Shown here: positions 15,028 through 25,100 of the stretch, in pieces
Layout: each line of letters opens with the position of its first letter
How positions within the stretch are numbered: the stretch's first letter is position 1
NCBI GenBank assembly: GCA_964016885.1
Contig: OZ024741.1
Location: 258,416,001 to 258,480,000 of the forward strand
Reading direction: 5' to 3'
DNA length: 64,000 bases
Origin: Eledone cirrhosa
Lineage: Eukaryota
The notes under the pieces: generated by a model
Database searches by the model: none
Told to the model about the DNA's origin: nothing
The model's input: the letters and a program-made list of their open reading frames with translations, nothing else
Program-made: the position numbers and the translations under genes

Positions 15028-15203
15028 ACTAATCTCTTTTTCTCCTTTTTCGTTTTAACATATATTTATTTCAAAGATTTCACCGTATAGATAACATATA
15101 TATTTATACATGCATAAAAGAGACACTGAGAGACGGTGAACATGTGGTGCCAAAAACATTTCTAATCCAAATCTCAACAATATCAGTATATACACTAGAT
15201 TTG

Positions 15204-15240
15204 CTAGCAGAAAACCGCCCACCGGGTGGTTTTCTGCTAG
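15204..15240. other. 17-bp inverted repeat (hairpin) with CTAG at both ends; putative rolling-circle termination signal
   Basis: CTAGCAGAAAACCGCCC-ACC-GGGTGGTTTTCTGCTAG gives 16/17 Watson-Crick pairs plus one G-T, with a 3-nt loop. Confidence 0.85.
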
Positions 15241-15680
15241 TCTATATATATAAAACTGAGGATGTCTGTCTGTGTGTGAGTTTGAATCCCTAAAACTCGA
15301 GAACCACCCAACCGACTGTTTTCAAACTTTACACATGTAATACGTACGTTTCAGGGAGTGTTCTGAGCAAAGAATATTTCAAATTTTCAATGCCCTAGGG
15401 ACCACATTAGGCGATTTAGCGATCTCTCTCTATAATTCTTAGTCTTTCTCTTTTTAGATAGATACATACATATAACGTCGTGCCCTTATAATATCTGTCT
15501 GTATGTCTGGCTCTCTGCATTACGTCACTTCCCTGAGGATGTCTGTCTGTGTGTGTGTCTGTGAGTTTGAATCCCTAAAATGCGAGAAGTACCCAACCGA
15601 TTTTTTTCAAACTTTACATGTGTATTACTTATGTTTCAGGGAGTGTTTGTTATGCACATAAAATTCAACCTTTTGATCTG
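15241..15680 (+). mobile_element. 5'-terminal segment of a non-autonomous Helitron-like element running into the satellite
   Basis: It starts TCTATATATATAAAA (5'-TC plus an AT-rich run), followed by a GTCT/GT microsatellite and AACTCGAGAACCACCCAACCGACTGTTTTCAAACTTT. As I recall it, this layout is typical of animal non-autonomous Helitron/DINE-1/Lep1-like elements. No 3' end occurs before the satellite resumes. Confidence 0.75.
15256..15647 (+). repeat. Diverged direct repeat of ~110 bp (15256-15362 and 15533-15647)
   Basis: Both copies read CTGAGGATGTCTGTCTGTGTGTG...GAGTTTGAATCCCTAAAA..CGAGAA..ACCCAACCGA...TTTTCAAACTTTACA..TGTA.TAC.TA.GTTTCAGGGAGTGTT. Their starts are 277 bp apart. Confidence 0.93.
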
Positions 15681-18600
15681 GTGTTTCGACTTACGAGTGT
15701 TTCGACTTACGAGTGTTTCGACTTACGAGTGTTTTGACTTACGAGTGTTTTGACTTACGGTATTTCTGCTTACGAGTGTTTCGACTTACGAGTGTTACGA
15801 GTGTTCTGACTACGAGTGTTTCGACTTACGAGTGTTCTGACCTACGAGTGTTCTGACTTACGAGTTTTTCGACTTACGAGTGTTTTGACTTACGGGTGTT
15901 TCGACTTGCGAGTGTTTCGAGTTACGAGTGTTTCGAGTTACGAGTGTTTCGACTTACGAGTATTTTGACTTACGAATGTTCTGACTTACGGGTGTTTCGG
16001 CTTCCGAGTGTTTCGACTTACGAGTGTTATAACTTGCGGGTGTTTCGACTTACGCGTGTTTTGACTTACGGGCGTTTCGACTTAGGAGTGTTTCGACTAC
16101 GAATGTTCCGACATACGAGTGTTTCGACTTACGAGTGTTTCGACTTACGAGTGTTCTGACTTACGAGTGTTCCGACTTACGAGTGTTTTGGCTTACGATT
16201 GTTTCGACTTACGAGTGTTTCGGTTTACGAGTGTTTCGACTTACGAGTGATTCGACTTACGAGTGTTCCGACTTACGAGTGTTACGACTTACGAGTGTTC
16301 CGACTTACGAGTGTTTCGGCTTACGAGTGTTTCGGCTTACGCGTGTTTCGACTAACTAGTGTTTCGGCTTACGAGTGTTTCGACTTACGGGTGTTTCGGC
16401 TTACGAGTGTTTCGACTTACGAGTGTTTCGACTTACGAGTGTTTTGACATACGGTGTTTCGGCTTACGAGCGTTTCGACATACGAGTGTTTTGACTTACA
16501 GGTGTTTCGAGTTACGGGTGTTTCGACTTAAGAGTGTTTCGACTTACGAGCGCTTCGACTTACGAGCGTACTGACTTACGAGTGTTCCGACTTACGAGTG
16601 TTTCTGCTTACGAGTGTTTCGACTTACGAGTGTTTCGACTTACGAATGTTTCGACTTACGGGTGTTTCGGCTTACGAGTGTTTCGACTTACGAGTGTTTC
16701 GACTTACGAATGTTTCGACTTACGGGTGTTTCGGCTTACGAGTGGTTTGACTTACGAGTGTTCTGACTTACGAGTGTTCCGGCTTACGAGTTTTTCGACT
16801 TACGAGTGTTTCGACTTACGAGTGTTTCGACTTACGAGTGTTTCGGCTTACGAGTGGTTTGACTTACGAGTGTTCTGACTACGAGTGTTCTGACTTACTA
16901 GTGTTTCGGCTTACGAGTGTTTCGACTTACGGGTGTTTCGACTTACGGGTGTTTTGACATACGAGTGTTTCGATACGAGTGCTCTGACTTACGAGTGTTC
17001 TGACTTACGAGTGTTCTGACTTACGAGTGTTCTGACTTACGGGTGTTCTGACTTGCGAGTGTTCCGACTTACGAGTGTTTCGGCTTACGAGTGTTTCGGC
17101 TTACGAATGTTTCGGCTTACGAGTGTTTTGACTTACGAGTGTTCTGATTACGAGTGTTCTGACTTACGGGTGTTCTGACTTACGAGTGTTCCGACTTACG
17201 ACTATTCCGACTTACGAGTGTTTCGGCTTACGGGTGTTTCGACGTAAGAGTATTTTTGGCTTACGAGTGTTTCGAGTTACGAGTGTTTTGAATTACGATT
17301 GTTTCGGCTTACGAGTGTTTCGACTTACGAGTATTTCGACTTACGAGTTTTTTTACTTACGGTGTTTCGGCTTACGAGTGTTTCGACTTACGAGTGTTTC
17401 GACTTACGGCTGTTTTGACATACGAGTGTTTCGATACGAGTGCTCTGACTTACGAGTGTTCTGACTTACGAGTGTTCTGACTTACGAGTGTTCTGACTTA
17501 CGGGTGTTCTGACTTACGTGTGTTCCGACTTACGAGTGTTTCGGCTATGGGTGTTTCGACTTACGAGTGTTTCGACTTACGAATGTTTTGGCTTACGAGT
17601 GTTTCGGCTTACGAGCGTTTTGACTTACGAATGTTTTGGCTTACGAGTGTTTCGGCTTATGGGTGTTTCGACTTACGAGTGTTTCGACTTACGAGTGTTT
17701 TGACTTACGGTGTTTCGGCTTACAAGTTATTCGACATACGAGTGTTTCGACTTACGGGTGTTTCGACTTACGAGTGTTTCGACTTACGAGTGTTCTGACT
17801 TACGAGTGTTCTGACTTACGAGTGTTCTGACTTACGAGTGTTCCGACTTACGAGTGTTCCGACTTACGAGTGTTTTGACTTACGAATGTTTTGCCTTACG
17901 GGTGTTCCGGTTTACGAGTGTTTCGACTTACGAGTATTCTGACTTACGAGTGTTCCGACTTACGGGTGTTTCGACTTACGAGTGTTTCGACTTACGAGTG
18001 TTTCGGCTTACGAGAGTTTCGACTTACGAATGTTTTGGCTTACGAGTGTTTCGGCTTACGAGTGTTTCGACTTACGGGTGTTTCGACTTACGGGTGTTCC
18101 GACTTAAGAGTGATTCGACTTACGAGCGCTTCGACTTTCGAGTGTTCCGACTTACGAGTGTTTCTGCTTACGAGTGTTTCGACTTACGAATGTTTCGACT
18201 TACGAGTGTTTCGGCTTACGAGTGTTTCGACTTACTAATGTTTTTACTTACGTGTGTTTCGGCGTACGAGTGTTTCGACTTACGAGTGTTTCGGCTTACG
18301 AGTGTTTCGACTTACGAGTGTTTTTACTTAAGGGTGTTTCGACTTACGAGTATTTTTGGCTTACGAGTGTTTCGACTTACGAGTGTTTTGACTTACGAGT
18401 GTTCTGATTTACGAATGTTTCGACATACGAGTGTTTTGACTTATGATGTTTCGACTTACGAGTGTTTCGACTTACGAGTGTTTCGACTTACGGGTGTTTC
18501 GACTTACGAGTGTTTCGACTTACGAATGTTTCGACTTACGGGTGTTTCGGCTTACGAGTGTTTCGACTTACGAGTGTTCTGACTTACGAGTGTTCTGACT

Positions 18601-19131
18601 TACGAGTGTTCCGGCTTACGAGTTTTTCGACTTACGAGTGTTTCGACTTACGAGTGTTTCGACTTACGAGTGTTTCGGCTTACGAGTGGTTTGACTTACG
18701 AGTGTGCTGACTACGAGTGTTCTGACTTACGAGTGTTTCGGCTTATGAGTGTTTCGACTTACGAGTGTTTCGGTTTATGAGTGTTTCGACTTACGAGTGT
18801 TTCGGCTTACGAGTGTTTCGACTTACGAATGTTTCGACTTACGGGTGTTTCGAATTACGAGTGTTTCGTCTACGAGTGTTTCGACTTACGAGTGTTTCGG
18901 CTTACGAGTGTTTCGACATACGGGTGTTTCGACTTACGGTGTTTCGGCTTACGAGTGTTCTGACTACGAGTGTTCTGACTTACGGGTGTTCTGACTTACG
19001 AGTGTTCCGACTTACGAGTGTTTCGGCTAATGAGTGTTTCGACTTACGGGCGTTTCGACTTACGGGTGTTTCGATTTACGAGTGTTTTGACTTACGAGTG
19101 TTCTGACTTACGAGTGTTCTGACTTACGAGA

Positions 19132-22100
19132 GTTCCGACTTACGACTGTTTCGACTTACGAGTGTTTTGACTTACGAGTGTTCCGACTTACGAGTGTTTC
19201 GGCTTATGGGTGTTTTGACGTACGAGTATTTTTGGCTTACGAGTGTTTCTACTTACGAGTGTTTTGAATTACGATTGTTTCGGCTTACGAGTGTTTCGAC
19301 TTACGAGTATTTCGACTTACGAGTTTTTTTACTTACGGTGTTTCGGCTTACGAGTGTTTCGACTTATGAGTGTTCTGATTTACGGATGTTTCGACATACG
19401 AGTGTTTTGACTTACGGTGTTTCGACTTACGAGTGTTTCGACTTACGAGTGTTTTGATTTACGAGTGTTTTGACTTACGGGTGTTTCGACTTACGCGTGT
19501 TTCGACTTACGAGTGTTTCGACTTACGAGTGTTTCGACTTACGAGTGTTTCGGCTATGAGTGTTTTGACTTACGGGTGTTTCGACTTACGGGTGTTTCGA
19601 CTTACGAGTGTTTCGACTTACGTGTGTTTCCGCTTACGAGTGTTTCGGCTTACGAGTGTTTCGAATTACGAGTGTTTTGGCTTACGAATGTTTTGACTTA
19701 CGGGTGTTTCGGTGTACGAGTGTTTCGACTTAAGGATGTTTCGACTTACGAGTGTTTCGACTTACGAGTGTTTCGACTTACGAGTGTTTCGACTTACGAG
19801 TGTTTTGGCTTACGAATGTTTTGACTTACGGGTGTTTCGACTTACGGGTGTTTCGGCTTACGAGTGTTTCGACTTACGAGTGTTTTGACTTACGAGTGTT
19901 CTGACTTACGAGTGTTCTGACTTACGAGTGTTACGAGTTACGAGTGTTCCGACTTACGAGTGTTTCGGCTTACGAGTGTTTCGGCTTACGAGTGTTTCGG
20001 CTTACGAGTGTTTTGACTTACGAGTGTTCTGACTACGAGTGTTCTGACTTACGGGTGTTCTGACTTACGAGTGTTCCGACTTACGAGTGTTTCGGCTAAT
20101 GAGTGTTTCGACTTACGGGCGTTTCGACTTACGGGTGTTTCGACTTACGAGTGTTTTGACTTACGAGTGTTCTGACTTACGAGTGTTCTGACTTACGAGA
20201 GTTCCGACTTACGACTGTTTCGACTTACGAGTGTTTTGACTTACGAGTGTTCCGACTTACGAGTGTTTCGGCTTATGGGTGTTTTGACGTACGAGTATTT
20301 TTGGCTTACGAGTGTTTCTACTTACGAGTGTTTTGAATTACGATTGTGTCGGCTTACGAGTGTTTCGACTTACGAGTATTTCGACTTACGAGTTTTTTTA
20401 CTTACGGTGTTTCGGCTTACGAGTGTTTCGACTTATGAGTGTTCTGATTTACGGATGTTTCGACATACGAGTGTTTTGACTTACGGTGTTTTGACTTACG
20501 GGTGTTTCGGCTAATGAGTGTTTCGACTTACGGGCGTTTCGACTTACGGGTGTTTCGACTTACGAGTGTTTTGACTTACGAGTGTTCTGACTTACGAGTG
20601 TTCTGACTTACGAGAGTTCCGACTTACGACTGTTTCGACTTACAAGTGTTTTGACTTACGAGTGTTCTGACTACGAGTGTTCTGACTTACGGGTGTTCTG
20701 ACTTACGAGTGTTCCGACTTACGAGTGTTTCGGCTAATGAGTGTTTTGACTTACGAGTGTTTCGACTTATGAGTGTTTCGACTTACGAGTGTTTCGGCTT
20801 ACGAGTGGTTTGACTTACGAGTGTTCTGACTACGAGTGTTTTGACTTACGAGTATTTCGGCTTATGAGTGTTTCGACTTACGAGTGTTTCGGCTTATGAG
20901 TGTTTCGACTTACGTGTGTTTCGGTTTACGAGTGTTTCGACTTACGAGTGTTTCGACTTACGGGTGTTTCGACTTACGAGTGTTTCGACTACGAGTGTTT
21001 CGACTTACGAGTGTTTCGGCTTACGAGTGTTTCGACATACGGGTGTTTCGACTTACGATGTTTCGGCTTACGAGTGTTTCGACTTACGAGTATTCTGACT
21101 TACGGGTGTTTCGACTTACGGGTGTTTCGACTTAAGAGTGTTTCGACTTACGAGCGCTTCGACTTACGAGTGTTCTGACTTACGAGTGTTCCGACTTACG
21201 AGTGTTTCGGCTTACGAGTGTTTCGACTTACGAGTGTTCCGGCTTACGCGTGTTTCGACTTACGAGTGTTTCGGCTTATGAGTGTTTCGACTTACGAGTG
21301 CTTCGGCTTACGAGTGTTTCGACTTACGAGTGTTTCGGCTTACGAGAGTTTTGACTTACGAATGTTTTGGCTTACGAGTGTTTCGGCTTACGAGTGTTTC
21401 GACTTACGGGTGTTTCGACTTACGGGTGTTCCGACTTAAGAGTGATTCGACTTACGAGCGCTTCGACTTACGAGTGTTCCGACTTACGAGTGTTTCTGCT
21501 TACGAGTGTTTCGACTTACGAATGTTTCGACTTACGAGTGTTTCGGCTTACGAGTGTTTCGACTTACCAAAGTTTTTACTTACGAGTGTTTCGGCGTACG
21601 AGTGTTTCGACTTACGAGTGTTTCGGCTTACGAGTGTTTCGACTTACGAGTGTTTTTACTTAAGGGTGTTTCGACTTACGAGTATTTTTGGCTTACGAGT
21701 GTTTCGACTTACGAGTGTTTTGACTTACGAGTGTTCTGATTTACGAATGTTTCGACATACGAGTGTTTTGACTTACGATGTTTCGACTTACGAGTGTTTC
21801 GACTTACGAGTGTTTCGACTTACGGGTGTTTCGACTTACGAGTGTTTCGACTTACGAATGTTTCGACTTACGGGTGTTCCGGCTTACGAGTGTTTCGACT
21901 TACGACGGTTCTGACTTACGAGTGTTCTGACTTACGAGTGTTCCGGCTTACGAGTTTTTCGACTTACGAGTGTTTCGACTTACGAGTGTTTCGACTTACG
22001 AGTGTTTCGGCTTACGAGTGGTTTGACTTACGAGTGTTCTGACTACGAGTGTTCTGACTTACGAGTGTTTCGGCTTATGAGTGTTTCGACTTACGAGTGT

Positions 22101-25100
22101 TTCGGTTTATGAGTGTTTCGACTTACGAGTGTTTCGGCTTACGAGTGTTTCGACTTACGAATGTTTCGACTTACGGTTGTTTCGACTTACGAGTGTTTCG
22201 TCTACGAGTGTTTCGACTTACGAGTGTTTCGGCTTACGAGTGTTTCGACATACGGGTGTTTCGACTTACGGTGTTTCGGCTTACGAGTGTTTCGACTTAC
22301 GAGTGTTTTGACTTACGAGTGTTCTGACTTACGAGTGTTCCGACTTACGAGTGTTCCGACTTACGAGTGTTTCGGCTTACGAGTGTTTCGGCTTACGAGT
22401 GTTTCGGCTTACGAGTGGTTTGACTTACGAGTGTTCTGACTACGAGTGTTCTGACTTACGGGTGTTCTGACTTACGGTGTTCCGACTTACGAGTGTTTCG
22501 GCTAATGAGTGTTTCGACTTACGGGCGTTTCGACTTACGGGTGTTTCGAATTACGAGTGTTTTGACTTACGAGTGTTCTGACTTACGAGTGTTTTGACTT
22601 ACGAGTGTTCCGACTTACGAGTGTTTCGGCTTACGGGTGTTTCGACGTACGAGTATTTTTGGCTTACGAGTGTTTCGAGTTACGAGTGTTTTGAATTACG
22701 ATTATTTCGGCTTACGAGTGTTTCGACTTACGAGTATTTCGACTTACGAGTTTTTTTACTTACGGTGTTTCGGCTTACGAGTGTTTCGACTTACGAGTGT
22801 TTCGACTTACGGGTGTTTTGACATACGAGTGTTTCGATATGAGTGCTCTGACTTACGAGTGTTCTGACTTACGAGTGTTCTGACTTACGAGTGTTCTGAC
22901 TTACGGGTGTTCTGACTTACGTGTGTTCCGACTTACGAGTGTTTCGGCTATGGGTGTTTCGACTTACGAGTGTTTCGACTTACGAATGTTTCGACTTACG
23001 GGTGTTTCGGCTTACGAGTGTTTCGACTTACGAGTGTTCTGACTTACGAGTGTTCTGACTTACGAGTGTTCCGGCTTACGAGTTTTTCGACTTACGAGTG
23101 TTTCGACTTACGAGTGTTTCGACTTACGAGTGTTTCGGCTTACGAGTGGTTTGACTTACGAGTGTTCTGACTACGAGTGTTCTGACTTACGAGTGTTTCG
23201 GCTTATGAGTGTTTCGACTTACGAGTGTTTCGGTTTATGAGTGTTTCGACTTACGAGTGTTTCGGCTTACGAGTGTTTCGACTTACGAATGTTTCGACTT
23301 ACGGGTGTTTCGAATTACGAGTGTTTCGTCTACGAGTGTTTCGACTTACGAGTGTTTGGGCTTACGAGTGTTTCGACATACGGGTGTTTCGACTTACGGT
23401 GTTTCGGCTTACGAGTGTTTCGACTTACGAGTGTTTCGACTACGAATGTTTCGACTTACGAGTGCTTTGACTTACGAGTGTTCTGACTACGAGTGTTCTG
23501 ACTTACGGGTGTTCTGACTTACGAGTGTTCCGACTTACGAGTGTTTCGGCTAATGAGTGTTTCGACTTACGGGCGTTTCGACTTACGGGTGTTTCGATTT
23601 ACGAGTGTTTTGACTTACGAGTGTTCTGACTTACGAGTGTTCTGACTTACGAGAGTTCCGACTTACGACTGTTTCGACTTACGAGTGTTTTGACCTGCGA
23701 GTGTTCCGACTTACGAGTGTTTCGGCTTATGGGTGTTTTGACGTACGAGTATTTTTGGATAACGAGTGTTTCTACTTACGAGTGTTTTGAATTACGATTG
23801 TTTCGGCTTACGAGTGTTTCGACTTACGAGTATTTCGACTTACGAGTTTTTTTACTTACGGTGTTTCGGCTTACGAGTGTTTCGACTTATGAGTGTTCTG
23901 ATTTACGGATGTTTCGACATACGAGTGTTTTGACTTACGGTGTTTCGACTTACGAGTGTTTCGACTTACGGGTGTTTCGACTTACGAGTGTTTCGACTTA
24001 CGAGTGTTACGACTTACGGGTGTTTCGGCTTACGAGTGTTTCGACTGCGAGTGTTCTGACTTACGAGTGTTCTGACTTACGAGTGTTCCGGCTTACGAGT
24101 TTTTCGACTTACGAGTGTTTCGACTTACGAGTGTTTCGGCTTACAAGTGTTTCGGCTTACGAGTGGTTTGACTTACGAGTGTTCTGACTACGAGTGTTCT
24201 GTCTTACGAGTGTTTCGACTTACGAGTGTTTCGGCTTATGAGTGTTTCGACTTACGAGTGTTTCGGCTTACGAGTCTTTCGACTTACGAGTGTTTCGACT
24301 TACGGGTGTTTCGACTTACGAGTGTTTCGACTACGAATGTTTCGACTTACGAGTGTTTCGGCTTACGAGTGTTTCGACTTATGGGTGTTTCGACTTACGA
24401 GTGTTTTTACTTACGGTGTTTCGGCTTACGAGTGTTTCGACATACGAGTGTTTTGACTTACGGGTGTTTCGACTTACGAGTGTTTCGACTTACGAATGTT
24501 TTGACTTACGGGTGTTTCGGCTTACGAGTGTTTCGATTTATGAGTGTTTCGGCTTACGAGTGTTTCGACTTACTAATGTTTTTACTTACGAGTGTTTCGG
24601 CGTACGAGAGTTTTGACTTACGAGTGTTTCTACTTACGAGTGTTTCGACTTACGAGTGTTTTGACTTACGAATGTTTTGACTTACGGGTGTTTCGGCTTA
24701 CGAGTGTTTCGACTTACGAGTCTTTCGGCTTACGAGTGTTTCGACTTACTAATGTTTTTACTTACGAGTGTTTCGGCGTACGAGTGTTTCGACTTACGAG
24801 TGTTTCGACTTACGGGTGTTTTGACTTACGGGTGTTTCGGCTTACGAGTGTTTCGACTTACGAGTGTTTTGACTTAAGGGTGTTTCGACTTACGAGTATT
24901 TTTGGCTTACGAGTCTTTCGACTTACGAGTGTTTTGACTTACGAGTGTTCTAATTTACGGATGTTTCGACATACGAGTGTTTTGACTTACGAGTGTTTCG
25001 ACTTATGAGTGTTTCGACTTACGAGTGTTTCGGCTTACGAGTGGTTTGACTTACGAGTGTTCTGACTACGAGTGTTTTGACTTACGAGTATTTCGGCTTA

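Larger units (their letters stand above)
14942..15240 (+). mobile_element. 3'-terminal segment of a non-autonomous Helitron-like element (or a ~299-bp mini element)
   Basis: AT-rich unique sequence ending in a GC-cored hairpin and CTAG (15237-15240), followed by T. Hairpin plus CTRR is the established Helitron 3' signature. No RepHel coding sequence is present. Confidence 0.7.

Noticed and set aside
14728-15090. ORF reading from the satellite into the island (hydrophobic C-terminus)
   Set aside because: This is chance read-through into T-rich low-complexity sequence, with no recognisable domain.
15204-15240. Rho-independent terminator or pre-miRNA
   Set aside because: There is no upstream gene, no U-tract after the stem, and the context is eukaryotic satellite. 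The hairpin is too short for a pre-miRNA, and the CTAG|TC context fits a Helitron end better.
15242-15255. TATA-box promoter (TATATAAAA), plus a CRE/ETS-like TTACGTCACTTCC at 15520-15532
   Set aside because: These are short motifs expected in AT-rich TE termini, and there is no downstream gene or transcript evidence.
15302-15309. AACCACCC complementary to the hairpin arm GGGTGGTT as a Helentron-type subterminal inverted repeat
   Set aside because: The match is only 8 bp and is not conserved in the second core copy (AAGTACCC), so the evidence is insufficient.
15393-15400. CCCTAGGG as an alternative Helitron 3' end
   Set aside because: It has no preceding GC-rich hairpin and the CTAG is not followed by T.
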